From Pristiophorus japonicus (Eukaryota), in assembly GCF_044704955.1 (NCBI RefSeq), contig NC_091985.1:106640001-106704000 (forward strand): a stretch of 64,000 nt of DNA, in the 5' to 3' direction. Made by a program: the position numbers and the translations under genes. This document shows positions 1 to 12,010 of the stretch, one piece after another. The notes beneath the pieces are model-generated. The model was not told the DNA's origin, made no database searches, and was given only the letters and a program-made list of their open reading frames with translations. The number at the start of each line of letters is the position of its first letter. The stretch's first letter is position 1.

Positions 1-901
1 TTCAGTTGGAGCTGTGCTGTAGTGAGAGAAGGAACTCCCTGCTTTTGCTCCTGTCTGGAAAGCCTGGAGTGAGCCCTGAGACCAGCCGAGGAAGAGGAGG
101 AAGGGGCTGGCTTACTACAATTCAACGTCCAGAGGGAGAGGAGGAGAGCAGAAAATTTATCATTTTTTACTACTACAGAGAGTTGGAGAGAGGGGGAAAA
201 GAACAACAACCTGTGTGGAAGGAGGGAGATTCTACAACATTCTACAGGTGGGTGTTGGTGCATTCCCCGAAAGACATTGTTTTATTGGTGGGGGGAGAAA
301 AGAAGATTTTCTTCGAGGCCCGGAACATCGCGGGGGGTGTGTGTGTGTGGAAGTGTGTGTGGGGGTCTTGCTTACAGCTAGGCCCCACACACCACTGAAG
401 CACCCCTCCCCCATTGCCTAGCCTGGGATAGCTGGAGCTACCTGGCTGACAATTTACTAATCATCCTATTAAACATCGTTGGGAGTGTGTGCCTGGGTGG
501 CTCCAGCTACCCCAGGTGAAGACATCTTCTCCTCCCACCCGAAGACCATCCCTTAAGACTGTGCCTTGCTTTGTTTTCCATCACCTAGGGAGTGCGTCCC
601 AGAAAAACACCCACCCATCGCTGTGAGGGGAGACCTGCCCTCACAGCTTCCCTCTTTCCCACCCCCTCTCTCTCTGTCACTCTCTGTCTCTCCCCTCTCT
701 CTCTGAGAGCCCCTTTCCTCCTTAATTGGAAAAACAATTAAGACAACTGAGCAGAGGGAGCAAGGCCCCTTCCCAATTGTCAACTAGGGGAGAGGTGTGC
801 CTCATTGAGAGCTCCTCTGCTCGTAAATTCAAACGAGGCCAATTTAAGACCATTAAGGCCTGTGACTCTGGAGTGGGTGTAGCCCTTAAAGGGACCCCGT
901 G

Positions 902-2950
902 ATGGCGACCCCATCCACGCCGGTGGCAGGGCCAGCTAGGACATATGCGCAGGCGGCATCCACATCCACGGCGCCTGCTGCGCCTCCTGCTGCCCTGCCA
1001 CCATTCAGACTAATTACTAAGAAAAACGGGGTCAAGAGCAACACTCACCCCACAATGAGCATTGAGGAGTGCGTGCGGGCGATGGCTGGGGTAGTCGGCC
1101 CCTCAGCCATTGTCGCAGCCTCCAAGATGTCTGGGAAGGCTGTATTCTTCCTGGGGTCGGAGCGGGCGGTGTCCCTGGCCCTTGAAAAGGGGCTCACGGT
1201 GGGCGGGACGTTCCTGCCGGTGGACCCTCTCGAGGCCACCACGCAGAGGGTCATCCTTTCAAACGTCCCGCCCTTTGTTCCCGCTGAGCTCCTCCTCCCT
1301 CACCTACACCAACTGGGGGAGGTAAGGTCAGGGATCAACCCCATACCGCTCGGCCTCAGGGAGAGCAGCCTGCGCCACGTCTTCTCCTTCCGCCGCCAGC
1401 TCTTTGTCCGGCTGGCGCGGGAGGAGATGACGGAGGGAAGTTTTAATGTGGTGCACGAGGGGACTGCCTACTGCGTCTTCTGGACGTCGGACGGCGTGCG
1501 GTGCCATGCCTGTAGGGAGGTGGGGCACGTTTGCAAGAACTGCCCCGCCTCCAAGGCCGCCAAACCACCGAAGGCGGCCAAGGCTGGCGCCGCCGCCACC
1601 CCTCCCCCTAGTAGCGTCCGCGTGCCGGGAGCCGTAGGTGCGCGGGCATCGTCGGGGGCCTTTGTTTTCACGGCCTCTGGCGGGGGGAAGGGAGAGCGTC
1701 CGATCGGAAAGAGGGCGCCGAGGAAGGTGAAACATCTCGAGGCGGGTCCCCTCAGTGCGCCAGACAGCTTGAACACCGCGCTCAGCCCAACCCTGACACC
1801 GGCGAGCGCGGGGTGCCCTGAGCCCGTGCCCGAGCCCTTGACCAATACCGCAGAGGGGCTCGGGCGCGGGCAAGATAAGAAAAAGAGGGGGGCGGAGTGG
1901 GAGGCCTCGGCAGACATGGAGGTCTCCCTGCCTCCGCGCACCCCCAGGAACAAAAGGAGGTGCCGCTCCAATGAGGCGGAGGGGGGAACAACATTCCTCC
2001 GCGGAGGAGTCGGTGCCCGCCGCGTGTCCAGTGTTCCCCACCAGCGCCCCCAAACTGCGCTGTAGATGGGAGGAATCTGTCCCCGGGGAGGGAGGGGCAG
2101 TCGAAGCTGCCCAGCCGCTGCCTCCCAGGGATGGCGAGGAGGATCTGCCTGTCGTGGGGGGCTTGGGGCCAGCGGAGGAATACGATGCCGCCGGGTCGAA
2201 CGTCCCGAGGACTGAGGCGGGCGGGGCCGAAAAGGCCGAACCTGAGCCCGCCCAGCCAATATCCAACTTCCCCCGGGACTTGCTCGACTCGGCAGAAATA
2301 CACAGTATTAACAATTTTAATAAATCTGTACACGCTGGGCCGGGGGGTGGCGGCGGGGAGGGGGAAGAACAACAACCCTCGCCCCCTACTTTGGAGCTGG
2401 GGTACTTGGAGGACCTGTACATTTCTTTGACCGGGTCTCTCCGCCTTCTCCGGCTCCTGGGGCGGAGGAGGAACCCCTTCCGCTGTCGCTTCCTGACCCA
2501 GCACCACTTTTAAAAGAGCCCAGTGGGGACTCCTCTGCCGACGATCCTGGGGGTGGAGTCGGGGCAGAGCCAGGGCCGGATGGAGCGGCCGGGCCGTTTG
2601 CCGTACCTCGTGCGGTCGACGGGCCGGCTGCTGGCGGCGACCTCCCGGAGGGGGACGGGGATTCGGTGGGGGACGAGGGAGAAGATCTCGAGTCCATCGC
2701 CAGTGAGGCGGTGGATCTCCTCGTGCCCGCCGCTGAGTCCCCCCTCATTCCTGCAAAGGAACTCCGGGACGTTTTGGTCCAGAGCCAGGGTCGCCGCAAC
2801 CGAGCCCATCTGGCCCGGGAAAGGTGGTCCGAGCCGGGGCTGCTCGTCGCGTCCGTCCGCGCCGCCGCTAAAACCATGGCCGCGGGCGGACCCTCATCAA
2901 AGACGCAAGGCCTTGAGCTGCGCCGGCTCAAAAGGTTCCTCGCTGGGCAG
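902..2950 (+). pseudogene. Tx1 ORF1 (RNA-binding, zinc knuckle), frameshifted
   Basis: MATPSTP...IVAASKMSGKAVFFL...RVILSNVPPFVP...VFSFRRQ and CHACREVGHVCKNC (CX2CX4HX4C) resemble Tx1/L1 ORF1. A low-complexity tail continues through ORFs 1971-2513 and 2666-2965. Confidence 0.85.
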
Positions 2951-5900
2951 GAGAGGTCCGCATGAGCCACCTCACTACCACTTCTTGTGGGGTGCCCATC
3001 TTGTTGGCCCCGCATTTTCAGTCGGGGATCTTGGGGGTCGAGGAGCCCGTGCCAGGCCGCTTGCTGCACGTCACGGTTCGCCTGGGGGACGTGCCGCTCC
3101 ATCTCGTGAACGTGTACGCCCCTCAGCCCGGACCGCAGCAAACGCGCTTCTTCGAAGAGGTGTCCGCTCTTCTTGGCTCCGTCGACGTCGGCGACTGCAT
3201 TGTCCTCGGGGGGGATTTTAACTGCATCCTCGAGGCGAGGGACCGCTCCGGTGCCCCGCAGAGCATGACGGCGATGGAGAAGTTGAGGGACCTGGTCGGG
3301 TCCTTCGACTTGGTGGACGTCTGGCGAAATCTCCATCCCGACTCCAGCGCCTTTACTTGGGTAAGGCCTGGAGTAGGATGGTCCAGAGTCGACCGCCTTT
3401 ACGTGTCTCGGGCGTACGTTTCCTGCATCCCGGCGGCCCCCATGCAACCGGTGCCATGTTCGGACCACCACCTGGTGTGGGCGGAGCTCGCTTCGCTCCG
3501 CGCGAGGACGGGGTCCGCGTACTGGCATTTTAACAACCAGCTGCTGGAGGACGTGCGGTTCCAGGACTTGTTCCGTCGTTTCTGGGCCGACTGGAGAAGG
3601 AAGCAGGGGGGCTTCCCCTCCTTGAGGCTATGTGGGATGTGGGCAAGGCTCACGTCCGCGTCTTCTGTCAAGAGTACGCGAGGGGGTCGACCAAGAGGCA
3701 GGCGGCCAGAGTCGGGCACTTAGAAAAAGAGGTGCTTGACCTGGAGTCCCGTCTCGGTCAAGTCGTCGAGGACCCGGCCCTGCGGATGGTGCGCGAAGCG
3801 AAGAAGGCCGCGCTGAAGGACCTGCAGCTCATCGGGTCCCGAGGCGCGTTCGTGAGGTTGCGGATCCGGTTCCTGCGGGATCTGGATCGCGGCTCCCCCT
3901 TCTTCTACTCGCTGGAAAAAAGACAGAGTGTCCGTAAGCAGCTCTTGATGCTGCTGGCCGACGACGGCTCTCTCGTCTCGGATCCGGAGGGCGTCAACAA
4001 CAGGGCCCGTGAATATTACGGGGCTCTGTTCTCTCCGGAGCCGTCAAGCGAGGAAGCGCGTAGAGTTTTGTGGGAGGACCTGCCGAAGGTCAGCCCGGAG
4101 GGCGCCGAAAATCTGGAAGCTCCGCTAAGCCTGGCGGAGCTGACCGGCGCCCTCGCCCGGCTCTCGAGGGGAAAAACCCAGGGGCTGGACGGGCTGACCA
4201 TGGAGTTCCACAGGGCGTTCTGGGACGTCCTGGGGGGGCGACTACGTGCGGGTCCTGTGGGAAAGTCTGGCGACCGGGGAGATGCCCCTCTCTTGGCGCA
4301 GGGCAGTCATCGTCCTGCTGCCTAAGAAGGGCGATCTCCGCCTCCTTAAGAACTGGCGCCCGGTCTCCCTCCTCAGCACGGACTACAAAATCTTCACCAG
4401 GGCGATGTCTGCTCGCCTTGGCGCCGTGCTGGACCACATGATCCACCCCGACCAGTCCTGCATGGTCCCGGGCCGGACAATCCACGATAATATCCATCTG
4501 GTCCGGGACCTCATCCATCATTCCCAGGAGGCTGGTCTGTCGGTCGCCTTCCTATCTCTCGACCAAGAGAAGGCGTTCGACAGGGTGGATCACGACTGCC
4601 TGTTCGGGACTCTGAACGCTTTCGGGTTCGGGACGCATTTCGTCGCCCGGATCCGACTTTTGTACGCCGCTGTGGAGTGTCTGATAAAGGTTAACGGGTC
4701 CTTGACGGCGCCCCTTCGCTTTGGGAGAGGGGTGCGCCAGGGATGCCCCATGTCCGGCCAGTTATATGCCATCTGCGTGGAGCCTTTCCTGCGCCTCCTG
4801 CGGATGAGGTTGACGGGACTGGCTCTGCAAGGGCCGGGCGTGGAGGTCGTCCTCACGGCTTACGCCGATAACGTGCTCCTCGCGGTAGAGGATCCCGCTG
4901 ACCTGCGGAGGATGCGTGAGTGCCAGGAGATTTACTCGGCCGCATCCTCTGCCAGGATCAACTGGGAGAAATGTTCCGGACTCCTGGTGGGTCAGTGGCG
5001 GGTGGACTCCCTGCCGGAGGAGCTCAGGCCTTTTGCCTGGAGCACGACCCATCTCCTCTATCTGGGAGTCTACCTTAGCCCCGACGAGGAAGCCTGGCCG
5101 GCGAACTGGCAAGAGCTGGAGGCCAAGGTCACCGCTCGCATAGGGCGCTGGACAGGACTGCTCCGAGTGCTGTCCTACAGGGGTCGAGCGCTAGTCATAA
5201 ACCAGCTGGTGGCCGCCATGTTGTGGTACCGGCTGGTCACTTTGACCCCTCCCCCTGCGTTTGTCACCAAGATACAGAAGAAGCTGGTGGACTTCTTCTG
5301 GAACAACAGGAAGCACTGGGTCTCTACCGCGGACTTGAGTCTCCTGCTTGGGGAGGGCGGTCAGTCGTTGGTGTGCGTTAGCACCCAGCTCGCGACTTTC
5401 CATCTTCAGACCCTGCAGAGATACCTTTACGTCGAGCCCCCTCCTAGGTGGAGTGCTCTGGCGACGCAAGCAGCATGGCCTCAACTACGACATGCAGCTC
5501 CTGTTTGTGAGCTTGGGGGGCGTCAGGACCGCCTTCCAGGAACTGCCTGTCTTTTACAAGGAACTCACCAGGGTCTGGAACAAAGTCTCCACCAAGCGCA
5601 GCTCTCCACTGGCTGGAGTGGCGGCTGTCCTGCAGGAGCCGCTGCTCGGGAATCCGTACCTCCACGACTGAGGTTTTAGGTGGCGGTCGGACGAGAGGGC
5701 TGTGGCTGGTGAGGTGACCAGGGTCAGGGACCTGCTCGATGGCGGAGGAGCGGGCTGGATGGCGCCAGACACGCTGGCGCGGCGCCTAAATTCCGCCAAC
5801 GTCCGCCGCGCGGCCGATGCCATCGAGTCGCTAAAAACAGCTCTGGGCCCTGACTCCGTTAGGTGCATCGAGGAGGCTCAAGCATGTGGGGAGATCCCGT

Positions 5901-6664
5901 CCGAACTGACCCCCGTCCGGACGGAATTCCTCATCGGCGCCAAACCCCGGAACCTCCCTCGGGAGCCGGCGCCTTACAACTTGAGCCGCCTCGAGGAAAT
6001 CCCCTCCGTGCCTTTCAGTTCCGCGCGGAGGGGTTTCCTATACGGGCTGCTCCTGCACACTCTCAACTTTGCCATCCTCGCCTGCCGTCCGGACACGCCA
6101 TGGCGTACCATCTTGCCGTCCGGAGGAGGCGGGGGGGCACTCTACGCGGGAGTCCTCCCAGTATTTATCGGGGACTTGGCCTGGAGGGTGGTGCACGGAG
6201 CAGTCCCGTGCAATAAATTTTTAAGCTGGTTCACGGGCTCCCAGGCCGCCTGCAATTTCTGCGGTCTGGAAGAGTCCGTGTTCCATGTTTTTATGGAATG
6301 CGCGAGGTTGCAGCCCCTGTTTTGTTATTTAAAGGGGCTGCTCCTGAAATTCTGGCTGCACTTCAGTCCCACACTCCTGATCTTTGGGCACCCTGTGCGG
6401 AGGGGAGCGGGTAGGTCCGAGGGCCTCCTCGTAGGACTGCTCCTGGGCACGGCCAAGGGTGCCATCAGCCGGTCCAGGCAGCAGGTGGTCGAGGGGGTCG
6501 TTCAACCTGACTGCCTGCCTCTCTTCCATGCCTACATCCGCGCCAGGGTGTCCTTGGAGATGGAGCACGCGGTGTCCACTGGTACGCTCGCGGCCTTCCG
6601 CGAGAGGTGGGCACCGGAGGGACTGGAGTGCATTGTCACGCCCGGCAACCAAATTTTAATTTGA
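2951..6664 (+). pseudogene. Tx1 ORF2 (APE endonuclease, reverse transcriptase, zinc motif), broken into about 5 frames
   Basis: EN motifs NVYAP, GGDFN, SRVDRLY, CSDH. RT motifs NWRPVSLLSTDYKI, LDQEKAFDRV, GVRQGCPMS and YADN (YADD mutated). C-terminal CNFCG..ESVFHVFMEC. Frameshifts near 3630, 4240 and 5460, stop near 5670. Confidence 0.92.
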
Positions 6665-6890
6665 TTTTATGTTTTAAAGTTTAATTTGTTTTAATTGCCA
6701 GTGTTTTTAGTGTCCCCCTCCCCTTTTATAGGGGGCACTTGGAGGAAAAATATATGATTTTAGTGCCCAAAAAAACTTTTTAAAAAAACACAAAAAAAAC
6801 ACAAAAAAAGGGCCTTGTAAATGTTTGATGTGCCCCCCAGATCGGGGGGACACGATTTAAGAATTAATGTTTTGGTTCCTCCCAAAAGAG

Positions 6891-8650
6891 TTCTGTGGAC
6901 AAGCTCTCCAAGGTCCCTTTGTTCATCTGTACTTCTATGTTGCCTACCGTTTAATGTGTATACCCTTTCCTTATTAGTCCTGCCCAAGTGCATTACCTCA
7001 CACTTCTCTGAATTAAATTCCATTTGCCACTGTTCTGCCCACCCGACCAGTCGATTGATATCCTCCTGCAGTCCATGACTTTCCTCTTCAGTATCAACCA
7101 CACAGCCAATTTTAGTGTTATCTGCAAATTTCTTAATCTACCCCCTATATTCAAATCTAGATCATTAATATATACCATAAAAAGCAAGGGACCCAGTACT
7201 GAGCCCTGCGGAATCCCATTGGAAACATCCTTCCAGTCACAAACATATCCATCAATCATTACCCTTTGCTTCCTACCTCGAAGCCAATTTTGGATCCAAC
7301 TTGTCACTTTGCCCTGGATCCCATGTGCTTTTACCTTCATTTCTAGTCTGTCACGTGGGACTTTACCAAAAGCTTTGTTAAAGTCCATATACACTATATC
7401 ATATGCACTACCCTCATCGACCCTCCTGGTTACCTCCTCGTAATTACTTGGCCTATCCCTTCCTCCCTTCTTAAACAAGGGTACCACATTAGCAGTCCTC
7501 CTGACCTCCGGCACCATGCCTGAATCCAAAGAGGACTGGAAAATGATGGTCAAGTCCTTTGCTATTTCCTCTTTGCTTCACTCAACAGCCTGGGATGCAT
7601 TTCATCCAGGCCAAGGGACTTATCCACTTTCAAAGCTGCTAATTCCTTTAATACCTCCTCTCTCACTATGTTTATTTCATCCAGAATTTCACACTCCTCC
7701 TCGATAGCAGTATCTGCATTGCCCCTTTTCTTTGTGAAAACAGACGCAAAGTATTAATTAAGAACTATACCAACATTTCCACCTCCACACACAGATTACC
7801 CTCATATTCTCTAATAGGCTCTACCTTTTCTTTAGCTATCCTCTTGCTCTTATATATTTATAGATCATCTTTGGGTTTTCCTTGATTTTACTAGCCAAGA
7901 ATTTTTCATGCTCTCTCTTAGCATTCCTAATATCCTTTTTAATTTTACCTCTGAACTTTCTGTATTCCTCCAGAGGTTCTACAGTATTTAACCGTCAATA
8001 TATGACATAAGCTTCCCTATTTTTCTTTATCCTCCCCTGTAATTCCCTCGACATCCAGGGGGCTCTAGAATTGTTATTCCCACCCTTTTTCTTTAAGGGC
8101 ATATGTTTGGCCTGATCCCTCCGGATCTCCTCCTTGAATGCCTCCCACTGATTTCCGACACTGACTTACCTTCAAGTAGCTGTTTCCAGCCCACTGTGGC
8201 CAAATCACTTCTCAACTTAGCAAGTTAGCTTTTTCCCAATTTGGGACTTTTATTCCTTGTCGTCCTTGTCCTTATCTATAACTACCTTGAATCTGACTGA
8301 ATTATGGTCACTAGCACCCAAGTGCTCTCCCACTGATACCCCTTCCACCTGCCCAGCTTCATTCCCCAAAATTAAATCCAGAACTGCCCCCTCCCGTGTT
8401 GGGCTTGTTACATACTGACTAAAAAAGTTCTTCTGAATGCATTTTAGGAATTCCGTACCCTCTATACGTTTCACACTATATTTGTCCCAATTAATATTAG
8501 GATAGTTGAAATCCCTTACTATTCCTGCCCTATAGTTTTTGGACTTCATAGAAATTTGCCTACATATTTGCTCTTCTATCTCCCTCCCATTCTTTGGTGG
8601 TCTATAATACACGCCCAGCAGTGTGATTGCCCCTTTTTTATTTTTAAGTT
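6891..8650 (-). mobile_element. CR1-clade LINE fragment (EN to RT), degraded
   Basis: Minus-strand ORFs with [38 protein letters not shown] and WQMEFNSEKCEVMHLG. Confidence 0.9.
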
Positions 8651-9107
8651 TGTGAGGGAGGGAATGTCTCGGTCAGCTGAAACAATGTCTGTGCACACAA
8701 GGGAGAGAATGTCATAGGTAGCTGAGACACTGTCAGCGAAAATGAGGGAGGGACTATTGCAGGTGGTTGACACACTGTCAGGGCACATCGGGGAGGGAAT
8801 GTCGGAGTTGGCTGCTGCAATAAGGGAACACGCCCAGACCCCGCACCCATTGACTGAATCAACTGCCACTCCCACTCCAATCCCCAGACCAGCCTCTGAA
8901 GAGGGCCAAGTGGGGCCCTCCACATTACCGCTTCCCCCCGCCCCCCCCCCCCCCCGACTCCCCCGCGCCCCCATCAAGAAGTGCGCATTATGCGAGATGT
9001 TCGAAAGAATAAGCTTGGTACCAACACAAGAAACGCTGCGCCACCATCTGCGGGCAGGGGTGGAGTCACCAAGACCAAGCGCAGTGGGCGGTCTTAGAAT
9101 AACATAG
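8651..9107 (+). pseudogene. Probable C-terminal part of the Harbinger second (Myb/SANT-type) gene
   Basis: ORF 8742-9107 has a repetitive coiled-coil-like segment and a Pro-rich basic tail, and converges on the transposase as in Harbinger elements. The Myb domain itself is not seen. Confidence 0.5.
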
Positions 9108-9575
9108 AAACATAGAAAATAGGTGCAGGAGTAGGCCATTCGGCCCTTCGAGCCTGCACCACCATTCGATTAGATCATGGCTGATCATTCCCTCAGTACC
9201 CCTTTCCTGCTTTCTCTCCATACCCCTTGATCCCTTTAGCCGTCAGGGCCATATCTAACTCCCTCTTGAATATATCCAATGAACTGGCATCAACAACTCT
9301 CTGCGGTAGGGAATTCCACAGGTTAACAACTCTCTGAGTGAAGAAGTTTCTCCTCATCTCAGTCCTATATGGCCTACCCCTTACCCTAAGACTGTGTCCC
9401 CTGGTTCTGGACTTTCCCAACATCGGGAACAATCTACCCACGTCTAACCTGTCCCGTCCCGTCAGAATCTTGTATGTTTCTAAGAGATCCCCTCTCATCC
9501 TTCTAAACTCCAATGTATAAAGGCCCAGTTGATCCAGTCTCTCCTCATATGTCACCAGTCTCTCCTCATATGTCA
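9102..9575 (-). mobile_element. 5'-truncated CR1 3' end inserted in the Harbinger element
   Basis: YEERL..LGLYTLEFRRMRGDL..RTRGH..RRNFFTQRVVNLWNSLP plus a (TTCTATGT)-type tail at ~9102-9120. Confidence 0.9.
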
Positions 9576-9922
9576 AGTTGGAGGAGAGATGGATGCAGCC
9601 TTTCTTTGCTGCTGCTGCTGTTGTTATTATTGTTGTAACTGTTCTTAAATTAAAAGTTTTTTGTAAGTTATGTAAATTTACAAGTTTAGGAATTTGTAAA
9701 TGATCTTAAAGTTTGTAAGTGATCTTAATTGAAAACCTTAAAGTTTGATACAAGAATATTTTTTATTAAAGTTAAGTACAAACAAATGTTTGTTAAACTT
9801 TTGAATAAAATATACTTTACATTGTAACTGGATCATTCACATTATTTGTTCGATTATTAACACAACTTTTTGAAGTAAACAAGAATAATTTCCATCATTT
9901 GTTCCATTAACACAACACAGCA

Positions 9923-11207
9923 TTACGGAACAGGTCCAAACAGTAAACATGGTCCTTTTGGAATAGTTGCCGCTGAGCCTTCAGGCAGCAAAGCATTTAC
10001 GGATGAGCTGCTGGCGCAAGTCTCAGCAATCGTCACAATGGCCTTCCCTCCGTCGTGCTCTGGGTTCAGGTAGTTGCATGGCTTCCTCATCCTCCGCATC
10101 TTCATCATCATCAGCCACTCTCACCTCAGGTGGGTCTTCCACTACCAACTGCTGCTGCCTCATGATGGCTAAGTTATGAAGCATGCAGCACACAACAGTG
10201 AATTGACCAACAATCTCAGGGGAGTATTGCAAGTAGCCTCCAAAATGGTCCAGGCATCGGAAACGTTGTTTCAAGATGCCAATGGTCCTCTTTATTACTA
10301 CACTGCGCGTCGCAATGTGCGACATGTTGCATTCCCGGTCAGCTTCCATTCGGGTTACACGTAAGGGCGTCATGAGCCAGGTGGTGAGGCCTTTGTCTCC
10401 CAGTAGCCAGCTCTGCCCTTCTGGTTGCTGCTGAAACATGGCAGATATAACACTGTTGCATAGGATGAACGCATTATGGGTGCTCCCAGGGTATCTTGCA
10501 TCAACTGACATGATGCGATGCATGTCGTCACACACAAGCTGCACATTAATGGAGTGGAAGCCTTTTCTGTTCCTCTACATCTCGGAATCCTCCAAAGGTG
10601 CTCGTAAGGCGATGTGGGTACAATCAATGCAGCCCTGTACCTTTGGGAAGCCAGCAATCCTGGAGAAGCCCATAGCCCTTTCACACATTGCCTGGGCAGT
10701 CATGGGGAACTTTATGTAGTCATTCCTCCGGGCATATAATGCAGATATGTGTTGCATGTTGAGAAATGGCACACACATCCTCAGTTGTAGCCTGGAACTA
10801 TCCAGATGTATAGAATGAAAGTGCAGCTGTAACCTTCATTTCAACTGACAAAGCAATCCTCCTGATGCTTTTACTAACTCACAGATCTCAGTTACAACTT
10901 CATTGCGGAAACACAGCCTTCTGACACAGTCTGCATCACTCAGATGCAGGTACAAATGCCTGTTTTGATATAGTCGAAGTGGGTAAGGCCTCCTGCCCAT
11001 CATTCTACATGCTCTGAGGTTCCTCATGCAATGACGTTGAATCAATTGTCTCCTCCATAGCACCATCATGCAGAAGACTTGCACAAGGTATGGCATTGTT
11101 AGTATTGCCCCCATGATTAAATTGTACCTTGCAAGTAGCTCAAAATGGCAGGCAGGACAAGGTTCTTTGTTCTCCCTCCCCAAGGTTGACGCCCTAGTAT
11201 GGACCAC
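9923..11207 (-). pseudogene. Harbinger (HARBI1-like) DDE transposase remnant
   Basis: GFPKVQGCIDCTH, QLVCD, ARYPGSTHNA, WLLGDKG, IKRTIGILKQRFRCL (expected catalytic E appears as K), VVCCMLHNL, spread over 3-4 frames. Confidence 0.9.
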
Positions 11208-11924
11208 ACCCAGGTCCGAGCAGGCGCAGTGATCAGGAAATCCCCACCCCTCAACCCCTGGGCTTCATTTGATGCATATTACAAGCTTCTCATGCCCCTC
11301 CCCCCCCCCCCCCCTGGTTTCTTTTAAAGCCGAGCCCCGAGCCCATGTTCAGACGAGGGACCGATTCTGCTGCCCGACCCTTGAGCCCGGTTTGGAGACG
11401 TTCAGTGGTGGCATATCAGTTTAAAAAAAATGAAAACTTAAAGAATTCCATTATACTTCCATTTCCTGCGTTTTAAGTTTTAAAAATTTAAGCTTGATTA
11501 TGCATATTTATGTGTTCTTGACTCCCTCCAAAACTTTGCATAAAAACAATGGCGTCTTTCTGTGCCGATTTTTAATGTGCGCTGGTTTTTCTTAAGTGCC
11601 CAGAAGGTTTTTCGGGAGCAGTCACATACGCCGTCCTAGAATAAATTTAAATTGGCCAAACTTCCATAATTATGAAACACTGGTGCAGACATCAGGTTAC
11701 GCCCCCTATGACGCAAAAAAAAACTAACCTAAAAAATCGTAACTAACTGAGTTACACTGCCGCGCAAAGATTGGGGAAACTTGGATTTTTAAATTTAGGC
11801 CAAAAAAAGTGGCGCACGCCAAAAAAACGGCGCAAATCACTGGGGAAAATTGAGCCCATTATTATGCAGTTATATATGATATTCCTTAACCAACCTTGTG
11901 ACAAAGATTTAGGGTTAATGATAT

Positions 11925-12010
11925 AAAAATTAGGGCCTAAAGTCGAGGGCCTGAAAAATATGAGGGTCTAAGGCTACAGCTTTATTAGCCTATGGGTTAA
12001 TCCGGCCCTG
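11925..12010. mobile_element. Possible hAT-type MITE end fragment
   Basis: Ends in TTAATCCGGCCCTG (reverse complement CAGGGCCGGATTAA), similar to hAT TIRs. Partner end not found. Confidence 0.35.

Larger units (their letters stand above)
1..6890 (+). mobile_element. Tx1-clade (L1 superfamily) non-LTR retrotransposon, apparently full length but disabled
   Basis: ~900-nt 5' UTR, gag-like ORF1 with CCHC knuckle, ORF2 with APE endonuclease, RT and C-terminal Cys/His motif, then an AT-rich 3' UTR. GC-rich body; several frameshifts. Confidence 0.92.
8651..11857 (-). mobile_element. PIF/Harbinger DNA transposon, dead, left end not present here
   Basis: HARBI1-like transposase remnant on minus, tail-to-tail with a second ORF remnant on plus. 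Terminus TGGGGAAAATTGAGCCC at 11841-11857 resembles the TIRs of the MITEs at 30708 and 50413. Confidence 0.82.

Noticed and set aside
6-398. 130-aa ORF0 in the Tx1 5' UTR
   Set aside because: Starts at TTG and has no recognisable domain; cannot be supported from one copy.
1045-6652. Antisense and alternate-frame ORFs over the Tx1
   Set aside because: Shadow ORFs expected in GC-rich coding sequence; no recognisable domains.
9923-11207. Domesticated host HARBI1 gene
   Set aside because: Frameshifts, altered catalytic residues and an adjacent TIR indicate a dead transposon copy.
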